From: Cenarchaeum sp.
GTDB taxonomy: Archaea > Thermoproteota > Nitrososphaeria > Nitrososphaerales > Nitrosopumilaceae
NCBI GenBank assembly: GCA_965242695.1
Contig: CBDESU010000002.1
Span: 1,056,001 to 1,120,000, forward strand
Reading direction: 5' to 3'
Length of the DNA stretch: 64,000 nucleotides
Position 1 is the first letter of the stretch. The number at the start of each line of letters is the position of its first letter. Shown here piece after piece: positions 20,707 through 29,564 of this stretch. The notes below the pieces were generated by a model. That model had not been told where the DNA came from. It was given only the letters and a program-made list of their open reading frames with translations, and did not search any database. Made by a program: the position numbers and the translations under genes.

Positions 20707-22410
20707 TCACCACACGATCTCATTGATCCGGTCGGCGAGCTCGGCCTTGTCCGAGTGCCTCTTGCACAGCATCTCGGCAAGCCCCTGCGCCCTTTCGCCG
20801 GCCCCGCCGGCCGGAACCTCGGCCATGCACTGCAGGTGCAGCGCGATCCTCCTGCAGGCCAGGCCACTGCGCGCAGCCGCCGCCGCCTTTTCGATGCTGT
20901 ACTGGTACGCCAAGAGGTACGACTTTGGGAACCTGCCGCCGAGGGCCTCGCGGTAGCGGTCGAGAAGCTCGGCATCGCCGAGCCCAGCGAGCGCCTTGAG
21001 GGCCCTCTTGTGCATGCCCTCGCCCACGAGCAGGTCTAGCAGGTGCTCGGGATGCCTCTTGTCCTTTTCCATCTCGGCGATCAGCCTGCCGCGCGCCGCC
21101 GGCCAGTCGTCCGACTCTTTCTTGAGCAGGTCGAGGCGGGCCTGTCCGTGCGACCCGAGGTACAGCCGCTCGAGCAGGGCGCACCGCGCCGCCGTGTCCT
21201 CCCGCCCGATCGCCGCAAGGGCCGCATCGGCCAGGTCGTCGTTGTCGCCGAACCTGCCGATTCCGTCCGTGGCCACCTTTAGGGCCCGGCCGCCCTGCCC
21301 CTCCCGCAAGAGGTGGCCGGCGTACGCCGCGTACGTCTCGGGCCCCGCCGCCCCGTGACCCGCAAGCATCTTTTCGGCCGCGCCGGCATCGCCGAGCCCG
21401 TCCATGGCGGCGACCTTGACGGCAAGCATCAGCCGCCCCATCTCCAGCTCGAGCCTCTTGGCCCTGCTCAGGTTCCCGCCCTTTAGCTTTACGAGGCCCC
21501 TTTTCCCCGCGCCGCCGGCGCGCCCGCCCTTTGGCACATGGGGCTCGACGGCGGACAAGAGGTGTCGCAGGCCATCGCCGGGCGCGCATGCGGCCCACAG
21601 GGCCGCCATGTGGTCGCCCCTGAAGCGCGCGTCGGCCGCCCTGTAGCGGCCGAGCATGTCCCTGATGCGGGCCCTCGCATCCCTGGCCGTGCTTTTCTTG
21701 ATCCTGGCCGTGCACAGACCAGCGCCGGCGATCGACTCGCGGATGGCATCGTCGTACGCGCCGTCCTTCCCCGCGCCGGCCGCCGCCGCATCGGCAATCT
21801 GCCAGTGCACGCGGGCCGCCTCGGCGTAGTCGCCTGCCCTTTCAAACCGCCTTGCCACGGCGGCGAACGGGCCGAGGTCGACTCTTGGTTCGTCGCCTCC
21901 TCTCCGCCCCTTCCGCGCGCTGGACCTTGCCCTGGAGAACAGCGCGGCGATCTTTTTTCGGTGGTCCGTCCCGGCCTCCGCATCCCACATCATTCCGCTG
22001 CCGAACCTCTCGGCAACCGAGCGGTCGCCCTCCATCTCGCCGGCAAGAAAGCGTCTCATGTACTCTGGGGACGACTCGTCGAGCATGGACTTGATCTCGG
22101 CCCGCGCCTCCTCTGCACTGCGGCGCATCTCGGCGCCGTGATCCACCATGTACAGGAGGACCGCCACGACATGCTTGCATGCGCCGCCCCAGTCGTACGG
22201 GCACGTGCAGTGGTACGGGAGGCGGCCGCCCTTGCGCTCCTCCGCCCACACCTGGTAGGTGCGCGTGCCCCTGACCTCGGCGCTCACCCTGTTCCCGTCC
22301 AGGCTCACAGACGAGACGCGCCCGGTCCTGTAGTACGTCCTGCCCCGCCCGTACGACCTCTGGTTGCAGATCTGCCTGACGTCCTCCACCGCCAGGCTGC
22401 CCAGGTCCAT
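20707..22410 (-). CDS. SWIM zinc-finger protein with helical C-terminal region
   Basis: SY.RG..Y...G.V, VRGTRTYQV, CTCPYDWGGACKHVVAVLLY (CxC...CxH). Confidence 0.88.
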   Translation of the reverse strand: MDLGSLAVEDVRQICNQRSYGRGRTYYRTGRVSSVSLDGNRVSAEVRGTRTYQVWAEERKGGRLPYHCTCPYDWGGACKHVVAVLLYMVDHGAEMRRSAEEARAEIKSMLDESSPEYMRRFLAGEMEGDRSVAERFGSGMMWDAEAGTDHRKKIAALFSRARSSARKGRRGGDEPRVDLGPFAAVARRFERAGDYAEAARVHWQIADAAAAGAGKDGAYDDAIRESIAGAGLCTARIKKSTARDARARIRDMLGRYRAADARFRGDHMAALWAACAPGDGLRHLLSAVEPHVPKGGRAGGAGKRGLVKLKGGNLSRAKRLELEMGRLMLAVKVAAMDGLGDAGAAEKMLAGHGAAGPETYAAYAGHLLREGQGGRALKVATDGIGRFGDNDDLADAALAAIGREDTAARCALLERLYLGSHGQARLDLLKKESDDWPAARGRLIAEMEKDKRHPEHLLDLLVGEGMHKRALKALAGLGDAELLDRYREALGGRFPKSYLLAYQYSIEKAAAAARSGLACRRIALHLQCMAEVPAGGAGERAQGLAEMLCKRHSDKAELADRINEIVW

Positions 22411-22542
22411 GCCCCGTGCCGCATACATGCCCCTAATTCGCATTGCGACCGCGCCGGCCGCCGGGCATGGGGACCCCTTCCATACCCTGGAGGCGCCAGC
22501 GCCGCCAGACGTGCGCCGGGAAGTTGGGGGGAGGAGGCGGGC

Positions 22543-22760
22543 AGGATGCGATCGCACCGCCCCGCCAGGCCCGGCCGGGACGCCGGGCAGGATGCGATCG
22601 CACCGCCCCGCCAGGCCCGGCCGGGGCAGGAGGAGGGCCGTGAAGGGGCGATCGCTCCGGCTCCCCAAGCGCCCCGATAGGGCGGCAGGGCGGCCTAGGA
22701 CTAGGATCGAAGGGGCGATCGCCCAGGGGCCTGGGCACCCGCCCCAGCGCGGGCGATCGC
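22543..22760. repeat. Intergenic cluster of five GCGATCGC palindromes including a ~37-bp direct repeat
   Basis: GCGATCGC at 22548, 22594, 22648, 22715, 22753; AGGATGCGATCGCACCGCCCCGCCAGGCCCGGCCGGG at 22543 and 22589. Confidence 0.8.
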
Positions 22761-22889
22761 CCCCGCGCCCTAGGGTCGGCCTTGACGCCCCCTGCCCCCG
22801 CTATCCACGCCTAGCCCCCACGCCTGACATAACCCTGTTATGAGATCCAATCATGGTTTAAATACCATCTGGGGGCCATGCGGGGTACA

Positions 22890-23192
22890 ATGCCAATCGC
22901 AATACTGCCAGACATCGACGAGCAGAGGTGCATCGGCTGCGCACTGTGCGTCGAGATCTGCACGTCCCTTGGCCCCGACGTACTCCGCGTAAAGCCCGTA
23001 GAGGGCTGGAAGCGCGGCAAGGCGTTCGTGTTCTATCCCGAAAGGTGCATCTCGGACGGCGCATGCATCGGCGTGTGCCCGACCAAGTCCATCTTCTGGA
23101 TGAGGCCCATGACCTACACCGCAGGACAGCCTGTGCCCCTCCACAAGAACGGAGTCTTCGTGAAGGGCTGGGCCGAGGACGCGGCCCTCTAG
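22890..23192 (+). CDS. 4Fe-4S dicluster ferredoxin
   Basis: CIGCALCVEIC and CISDGACIGVCP; TTTAAATA box at ~22857. Confidence 0.92.
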   Translation: MPIAILPDIDEQRCIGCALCVEICTSLGPDVLRVKPVEGWKRGKAFVFYPERCISDGACIGVCPTKSIFWMRPMTYTAGQPVPLHKNGVFVKGWAEDAAL

Positions 23193-24766
23193 GGGCGCGC
23201 CCTGTCCTTTTTTATTCCAATCTTGGAGAGGGGGATCCTGCGCACCCCCTCGGTCCGCCTGGCAAAGTGGGCCAGGAACCTGTCCGACGGGTGGTAGTAC
23301 AGCGCCTCGAACCGGTTGCCGGCCATGAACGCCTCCCATGTGGCGGCGAACTCGGGAAAGGCGGCCGGGTCGCGGGGCGCGCCGCTCTCTACGCAGTGGG
23401 CGGCGGGGTACAGGTCGGACAGCTCGGCCGGCACGAGGCCAAGGAACGGGCTGTACTGGCAGAACTGGACGGCGGCCGAGCCGCCGTCGACGCCCGACCT
23501 GTCGGAGTCGAACGCCCGCTCGAGGGCGGCAAGGGCGGCCGAGCCGTACGCCGGCCTGCCGGCCCGGGCAGTCACGCACACGGCCGCCTTGCCCCTGGCC
23601 GAAAAGGCCCTGACGGCCCGGTGGTATGCGGCGACCTCGGGCCTGTACTGGTCTAGCGCATCAAAGAGGAACACGGCCTTTGGCTTGAAGGCCGGCGTCG
23701 TGCCGACCATTGCGGGGCCCCCCTCCCTGGCCAGGACGGCGGCCGCGTCGGCGAGCCGCGGGTGCGCCCTGGCCTTTCGCATTGCATACTCCCACAGGCG
23801 GCCCTCGTGTATGGCCTGCCTCGTGCGGGACACCTCGGACTTGATGGCGTGCAGGTTGTGCACGGCGATCCTGCGGGCCCTCTCGGCCCCGTCGGGCACG
23901 GCGAGCAGCTCGGCCGGCGTGTGGGATGCGCACACGGGGCAGCAGCAAGAGAACTCGGCGATCTCGGAGAGGTGCCGCGTCGCGTCGCCCGAGATGTACC
24001 TGTCCTGCCGGGCGTACAGCATGTACGATGCGGAATCGAACGTGTCGCAGCCTAGCGCGACGGCGAGCGGTATGGTCAGCGGGTGGCCTGCCCCGAACAG
24101 GTGCAGCGGCGCGCCGGCCGGCATGGCCGACCTGGCCGCGAGTATCATGCGAGCCAGGTCGGCGAACCTGTACGCCTCCATGAACTCTACGGGGCTGCCG
24201 AGCGCGAGCAGCCTGTACCCGCACCGCGACAGGGCCCTTGCCGAGCCCGCAACAAGGTCCAGGTGCTCGCCGCCCTGCACGGGGCCTGCCCATATGCGCC
24301 TGCCCGACCTTCTGTCGCCGCGCGATATCGTCCGCCTGGATATCCTCAGCGTGTGGTCGACCGACCTCTTGGCCTCTTTGCGCGGCAGGCCCATGCCGGT
24401 CGGCCTGTCGAGGGGGACCGCCACGTCCGTGCCGATGGCCTCTTCGTACGCCGCCATGGCCTCTGGGTCCACGCCCACGTCGCCGTACTCTAGCACCTGG
24501 TAGCCGCCCGAGTCGGTCATTACGGGACCGTCGTACCCGATTATGCCGTGTATGCCGCGCCTGGCCGCCTCGTCGCCGTGCCTCTTCATCGCTATGTAGG
24601 CGTTGGTGATGACCATGTCGAACCCGACGGCGGCCACCTCGGCCGCCGGTATGCTCTGCTTGACGGGGTGTATGACGGGAACGAACGCGGGCGTGCGCAC
24701 GGCGCCGTGCGCCGTGTGCAGCAGCCCGATGCGGCCGCCTAGGTCGCAACGCACAACCTCGAACAT
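23189..24766 (-). CDS. tgtA: Archaeosine tRNA-guanine(15) transglycosylase
   Basis: TPAFVPVIHP, ITNAYI, MTDSGGYQ, HLFGAGHP, GCDTFDSASY, CCCPVC, EGRLWE. Confidence 0.95.
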   Translation of the reverse strand: MFEVVRCDLGGRIGLLHTAHGAVRTPAFVPVIHPVKQSIPAAEVAAVGFDMVITNAYIAMKRHGDEAARRGIHGIIGYDGPVMTDSGGYQVLEYGDVGVDPEAMAAYEEAIGTDVAVPLDRPTGMGLPRKEAKRSVDHTLRISRRTISRGDRRSGRRIWAGPVQGGEHLDLVAGSARALSRCGYRLLALGSPVEFMEAYRFADLARMILAARSAMPAGAPLHLFGAGHPLTIPLAVALGCDTFDSASYMLYARQDRYISGDATRHLSEIAEFSCCCPVCASHTPAELLAVPDGAERARRIAVHNLHAIKSEVSRTRQAIHEGRLWEYAMRKARAHPRLADAAAVLAREGGPAMVGTTPAFKPKAVFLFDALDQYRPEVAAYHRAVRAFSARGKAAVCVTARAGRPAYGSAALAALERAFDSDRSGVDGGSAAVQFCQYSPFLGLVPAELSDLYPAAHCVESGAPRDPAAFPEFAATWEAFMAGNRFEALYYHPSDRFLAHFARRTEGVRRIPLSKIGIKKDRARP

Positions 24767-24804
24767 GCCGCACCGGCCGCGGCGCGCCATATTATTCGAG
24801 TGCG

Positions 24805-25392
24805 CTACGGGCCGGGCGGAAAGAACCTTCCCAGGTCGCCGCGCTCGGCGACAAGGGAGAGCCAGTCGACCTGGTCGCCGCGCGGGGCCGGTTCCCTGCC
24901 GTCCCAGCCGAGCGCCGCGGCCGCGGCGCGGGCAGTCTCGGCGGAGCTCCTGCAGGTCGTGTCGATCTGGATTGTTCTCCCGGGGCCGGCAAGCTGCGCC
25001 GCATCGTGGGCGACGACGCCGAGTATCTCGGCGCCGAGGTTGCCGGCTGCCTTGTCCCACCCGTACTTTCTCTCCGCGTACACCCGTTCTAGCTCGTACG
25101 GGCTGCGCCTGAGCACGACCGCGGCGCCGACCCGGCTGGCGGAGAGAACGTACGGGGCAAGGTGCCCGACGACGAGGCACTTTTCGTCAAGGGCGCCGTG
25201 GGAACGCAGGCGCTCGGCGAGCCGGTCGGGATCGACGTCCGACGTGCGCGAGGCCGCGTCGTACTCGCACAGCCCATATTCGGCGGCAAGCGCGTTGAGG
25301 TCCACCAGCCGCAGGCCGAGCCACGCGGCTGCAGCCGCGGCCGCCGTATGCTTGCCGGTGCCGGGGCTTCCGGTGAGGACGGGGATGCGCAT
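24805..25392 (-). CDS. AK6/hCINAP-like nucleoside monophosphate kinase
   Basis: LTGSPGTGKHT P-loop, VVGHLAPY, VLRR.P..L...Y..R.Y...K...N..AEIL. Confidence 0.88.
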   Translation of the reverse strand: MRIPVLTGSPGTGKHTAAAAAAAWLGLRLVDLNALAAEYGLCEYDAASRTSDVDPDRLAERLRSHGALDEKCLVVGHLAPYVLSASRVGAAVVLRRSPYELERVYAERKYGWDKAAGNLGAEILGVVAHDAAQLAGPGRTIQIDTTCRSSAETARAAAAALGWDGREPAPRGDQVDWLSLVAERGDLGRFFPPGP

Positions 25393-25574
25393 GCGGCCGC
25401 CTCGCAGCAGGCCTGTTATACGGATTGCCGCCCTCCCTTCCGGCGGTGCGGCGCTAGCATCAGGGTTGCCCGGCCACAATCTGGGCATATCTTGAGGCTG
25501 CGCGCACCGCGGCGGTTACTACGGCGGCGCCCCTGCTAGCGGTCCGGTGAGAGTGTCGCTCGGCCAGATGCACG

Positions 25575-26123
25575 CTAGTCGGCGAACGGCTCATCGTCTG
25601 GGTCAAACTGCACCAGCACAACTCGAGCTATTTCATCCTCGCAGAACAATGCCGTATCTCCCACGCGGATCCTCGACCCGTCGTTCTTGAGGCGCCTTGG
25701 ATCCCCCAAGACTATCTCCCTCCGCGGTTCGTCATCGCCTGACGAATTCTTGATCCAGCCATAGTAGCGCTTCGACGATGTGGTATAGACTACTACGTAC
25801 TTGCCTATGTTGTCCAGCATGAAGCTGAACCATGGAGTGTGCCGGCTCATCCGCGATCTCCATACCCTCTTTAGCACATAACCCGCCACCGCACCGTATG
25901 CCAAGGCGATGCCCGATTGGACGGCGATGAGCACGGGAATGTTGCCTACGCCAACGACGGCGGCGGCTGTGAGATAGCTTGGTATGGTCAATGCCAAGCT
26001 GTAAAAGACAAACTGTACCTGCGACTGCACCTCCTTGTACGATGCAATGTACCGTATGAGGAAAAGCGTGTAAAACCCAGGCAGCGCAAAAAACAAAAAG
26101 GCGGTGGGGGTTAGGTCAGTCAT
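25575..26123 (-). CDS. Membrane protein with 3 TM helices and a C-terminal beta domain (DUF6338-like)
   Basis: FFALPGF N-terminal motif, hydrophobic helices, W...F and V.V......YYGWI; lower GC. Confidence 0.75.
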   Translation of the reverse strand: MTDLTPTAFLFFALPGFYTLFLIRYIASYKEVQSQVQFVFYSLALTIPSYLTAAAVVGVGNIPVLIAVQSGIALAYGAVAGYVLKRVWRSRMSRHTPWFSFMLDNIGKYVVVYTTSSKRYYGWIKNSSGDDEPRREIVLGDPRRLKNDGSRIRVGDTALFCEDEIARVVLVQFDPDDEPFAD

Positions 26124-26223
26124 CTTCGATCGGTATTATCGGCTTTCCCTTGGTTGGAACCGGTTCGGATGCGGAGAGCGAGTGGCCGGTCTCACTCTTC
26201 CATTTTCCACGCGAGGTGCCCAT
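26116..26223 (-). CDS. 35-aa small peptide, copy 1 (MGTSRGKWKSETGHSLSASEPVPTKGKPIIPIEDD)
   Basis: TTTATATA box ~25 nt upstream; stop overlaps the downstream gene start (ATGACTGA); only synonymous divergence from copy 2 over the last 18 codons. Confidence 0.75.
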   Translation of the reverse strand: MGTSRGKWKSETGHSLSASEPVPTKGKPIIPIEDD

Positions 26224-26334
26224 TGCAGGGCGCCGCCCCCGCACCCTATATAAACCCCGCCTTGTAGCGCACTGCCCGATGCCCGTGCAGCCCCGCCTAA
26301 TTTTATATGCCATCGATTTGGCCCCACTGCCACG

Positions 26335-26538
26335 ATGAGGTGTGTCAAGCCGCTAAGCGACCGCCAGTGGAAGATGGTCGTGGATCAGCTGAAGAAGGGA
26401 CCCACGCCGGAGATGATCCGGACGGTAGAGTATGCCAAAGAGCACGTCAAGTACATAAAAGAGGTGGACTATAACGAGCACATGGCCAAGTACCGCAAGA
26501 GAGAAGCCAAACAGGGTAGCCGTTCCAGCACGCCTTGA
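26335..26538 (+). CDS. Small hypothetical protein (67 aa), possibly antitoxin-like
   Basis: TTTTATAT box at ~26301; charged, helical composition; function speculative. Confidence 0.65.
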   Translation: MRCVKPLSDRQWKMVVDQLKKGPTPEMIRTVEYAKEHVKYIKEVDYNEHMAKYRKREAKQGSRSSTP

Positions 26539-26812
26539 GCCTGTGCTAGGCCTTGGTGTGCGGGCTCAACAAACGCTGTAGGGATGTTGCAGCGCTACCA
26601 GCTGGGGCGTGAATTGGATGCGGATGTGATGGATAATGTGGTTGTAGCGGATGCATCTCGGCAACCATAGGATACGTGGCCCGAGCGTGACGACTCTCGT
26701 CAAAACCCGCGCCCGGCGCAAGTTTGCTTGACTTTTGGGCAAAAATGTGCTTGGTGGACCTACTAAGAGAGATGGCCGCGTCAAAACGCATGTCACATGC
26801 GGCGTTGGAGGG

Positions 26813-26920
26813 TCAGTCGTCTTCAATCGGTATTATTGGCTTTCCTTTGGTTGGGACAGGCTCTGAGGCATAGATGGCCTCGCCGATCCTCACTTTTGGC
26901 TCTTTGTTTTTGCCACTCAT
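26813..26920 (-). CDS. 35-aa small peptide, copy 2 (MSGKNKEPKVRIGEAIYASEPVPTKGKPIIPIEDD)
   Basis: Same length and identical 18-aa C-terminus as copy 1; TTATA box ~25-30 nt upstream. Confidence 0.75.
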   Translation of the reverse strand: MSGKNKEPKVRIGEAIYASEPVPTKGKPIIPIEDD

Positions 26921-27330
26921 TAAGCCCCGCCGAATCCCCCTCCAATATAACTTTATTGCCCTAAAGCCCCGCTGTGTAGGCGCGCGCCTAGTTGCCGGTC
27001 TAGGCGTGAGTCCGCAGGCGGATGAGGCCGCCTTGCAGTGACAGGCGGGGGGCAGTGCCGCCGTGCCGTGGCAGGTCCATGTTGAGGGCCCGCCATGGCC
27101 GTGATGCCTTGGTCAGCAGACAACAGGCGCGGCACGGCCCCGGGGCTTGGCATGCTCGCCGTGGCGTCGTGCGCCGCTGTGTCGAGCAGGGGCGATCGCC
27201 TGCGTGCAGGGGGGATGGGCGCCAGGACTGCCAGCCGCCGAAGCAATGGGCAACGGGACTAGGCGGGACTTGAGCGCGCATCCGGCATGCCGCCGCCAAT
27301 CGTTTTAACCGTCCTCCCAGCCGGCCGCCC

Positions 27331-28311
27331 GTGGCGGACAGCGGCGGCAGCGACGGCGACTGGCGCCCCTGCCGCATCATATGCGGGGATGCTCGCGAAG
27401 TCATGCGTTGCATGCCGGGCGAGAGCGTCGACCTGAGCTTCTGGTCGCCGCCCTACTTTGTCGGCAAGTCGTACGAGCAAGACCTGGACTTTGACGGATG
27501 GCGCTCGATGGTCGCCGACGTGGTCGGGCAGCACAGGCGCGTCGTAAGGCCCGGCGGGTTCATGGTCGTCAACATCGCCGACATACTGTGCTTTGTGGAT
27601 CCGGACATGCCGCGCATACAGGCCAACTCGCTCTCGCGCAAAAAGGTGCCGATCACGAGGGAGGACGTGCAGAGGACCCTGCGCGACCATCCGGGTGCGA
27701 ACCGGGACGAGATTGCCGCCATCCTCGGGTGCAGCGAGCAGACAGTGCAGCGGCGGCTAGAGCACAACAACGTCCGCGGCGGCAAGTCGATACCCGGCAC
27801 GCGCGTGCTCCTTACGAGCGCGATGGTCGTCGAGTGGGCCGCGGATGCCGGCCTCTACCTGTACGACAAGCGCATATGGCACAAGGATCCAGCATGGATG
27901 AGCAGCAGGTGGCACACGGGGTCGTACCGGGCCGTCGACGAGTACGAGTACGTGCTGGTGTTCTGGAACCCGGGCATTACCGAGTACGACAGGGATCGCC
28001 TGACGGCGCCCGAGTGGGGCGAGTGGGGATCGCGCGGCGTGTGGAACATACGGTCGGTCGCGCGCAACGCCCGCCACGAGGCCGAGTTCCCCGAAGAGCT
28101 TGCAAGGCGCGTCATACGGCTGTTCTCGCCGCCCGGCGGCACCGTCCTGGACCCGTTCGCAGGAACCGGGACGACGACGGCCGTGGCGGCCATGGAGGGC
28201 CGCCGGTGGGTCGGCATCGAGCGGGACCGTCGCTACGCCGACATGGCGCGCACCCGCACCCGCTCGCTGCTCTCAGCCGCGCCCCCTGCCGGCGCCCCCG
28301 CCCAATCCTAA
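27331..28311 (+). CDS. Orphan amino (N4-C/N6-A) DNA methyltransferase, beta class, with inserted HTH
   Basis: ICGDA, SPPY motif IV, H.A.FP.EL, VLDPFAGTGTT motif I; HTH-like RDEIAAILGCSEQTVQRRL. Confidence 0.9.
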   Translation: MADSGGSDGDWRPCRIICGDAREVMRCMPGESVDLSFWSPPYFVGKSYEQDLDFDGWRSMVADVVGQHRRVVRPGGFMVVNIADILCFVDPDMPRIQANSLSRKKVPITREDVQRTLRDHPGANRDEIAAILGCSEQTVQRRLEHNNVRGGKSIPGTRVLLTSAMVVEWAADAGLYLYDKRIWHKDPAWMSSRWHTGSYRAVDEYEYVLVFWNPGITEYDRDRLTAPEWGEWGSRGVWNIRSVARNARHEAEFPEELARRVIRLFSPPGGTVLDPFAGTGTTTAVAAMEGRRWVGIERDRRYADMARTRTRSLLSAAPPAGAPAQS

Positions 28312-28312
28312 T

Positions 28313-29557
28313 ATGGGCGCCGCCCGCGGCCGCACCGTGCAGATAGGGATACTCGGCAAGGCCAACGTCGGCAAGTCGACGCTCTTCTCGGCGGCCACCG
28401 AGACGGACGTCCCGACGGGCAACTTTCCGTTCACGACCGTAAAGCCAAACGTCGGCGTCGCCCACGTGCGCGCCCCCTGCCCGTGCAGGGACCTCGGGAT
28501 TGAGGACCACGACCACCCCGCATGCTCGGCCGGCACTAGGCTCGTTCCCGTGCAGCTCACGGACGTGGCGGGGCTCGTGCCGGGCGCCCACGAGGGCAGG
28601 GGGCTCGGCAACCAGTTCCTCGACGACGCCAGGCAGGCGGCCGCCCTGGTGCACGTAGTCGATGCAGCCGGCACGACCGACCTGCAGGGGCAGCCGGTCC
28701 CTGCCGGCACGCACGACCCCGCCGAGGACGTAGAGTTTGTCGAGGCCGAGTTCGACATGTGGATCGCGGGGCTGCTCGCGCGCGAGTGGCCCAAGCTCAC
28801 GCGCGAGACCGACCAGAAGGCGGCAGGCGCGGCCGAGGCCATTGCGCGCCGGCTCAGCGGCCTGGGAATAGGCGAGGCGCACGTCCGGGAGGTGCTCGCA
28901 TCCGAGGGGCTGGCCGGAAAGAGGCCCGCCGAGTGGTCCGATGCAGACAAGTCGGGGTTTGCGTCGGCCCTGCGGCGGCGCACAAAGCCGGTCGTCATTG
29001 CGGCCAACAAGGCCGACCTGTGCGGCGATGCAGAGGGCGTTGCGCGGCGGCTGGCCGGGGCCGGCGGTGGCGGGGACGGCAGCGAGGCCCGCCGCGTCGT
29101 CTTGTGCAGCGCAGAGGCCGACCTGCTGCTGCGCCGCGCCGCCAAGGCCGGCGCGATCAAGTACTCGCCCGGCTCGGCATCCTTCGAGCCGGGGGAACTG
29201 ACGGCCGACCAAGAGAGGGCTCTCAAGCTCGTCTCGGATACGGTCCTCTCGCGGCTCGGAACGACCGGCGTGCAGGAGGCCCTAGAGGCGGCCGTGTTCG
29301 GGCTGCTCGGCATGATCGTGGCGTACCCCGTAGAGGACGAGGGCAGGTACTGCAGGCGCGACGGAACGGTCCTGCCCGAGGCGCTGCTGCTCCCGCCCGG
29401 CTCGACGGCAAGGGATCTTGCCGGCGCCGTCCACGCCGATCTTGCCGGCTCGCTCCTGCACGCGATAGACTGCCGCAAGAGGCAGCGCATCGGCGCCGAC
29501 CACCAGCTCGCCGACGGCGACGTCGTAAAGGTCGTCTCGGCGGCGGCCCGGGGGTGA
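28313..29557 (+). CDS. ychF: Obg-family ATPase YchF (archaeal, with TGS domain)
   Basis: GKANVGKST, NFPFTT, DVAGLVPGAHEGRGLGNQFLDD, ANKAD, C-terminal TGS. Confidence 0.93.
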   Translation: MGAARGRTVQIGILGKANVGKSTLFSAATETDVPTGNFPFTTVKPNVGVAHVRAPCPCRDLGIEDHDHPACSAGTRLVPVQLTDVAGLVPGAHEGRGLGNQFLDDARQAAALVHVVDAAGTTDLQGQPVPAGTHDPAEDVEFVEAEFDMWIAGLLAREWPKLTRETDQKAAGAAEAIARRLSGLGIGEAHVREVLASEGLAGKRPAEWSDADKSGFASALRRRTKPVVIAANKADLCGDAEGVARRLAGAGGGGDGSEARRVVLCSAEADLLLRRAAKAGAIKYSPGSASFEPGELTADQERALKLVSDTVLSRLGTTGVQEALEAAVFGLLGMIVAYPVEDEGRYCRRDGTVLPEALLLPPGSTARDLAGAVHADLAGSLLHAIDCRKRQRIGADHQLADGDVVKVVSAAARG

Positions 29558-29564
29558 CCGCGCC

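Noticed and set aside
22543-22760. Repeat cluster as a mini-CRISPR
   Set aside because: Only an 8-bp core is shared by all copies and the spacing is irregular
26539-26812. GNAT-type toxin downstream of the 67-aa antitoxin-like ORF
   Set aside because: No intact ORF or acetyl-CoA-binding motif recognisable; at most a decayed remnant
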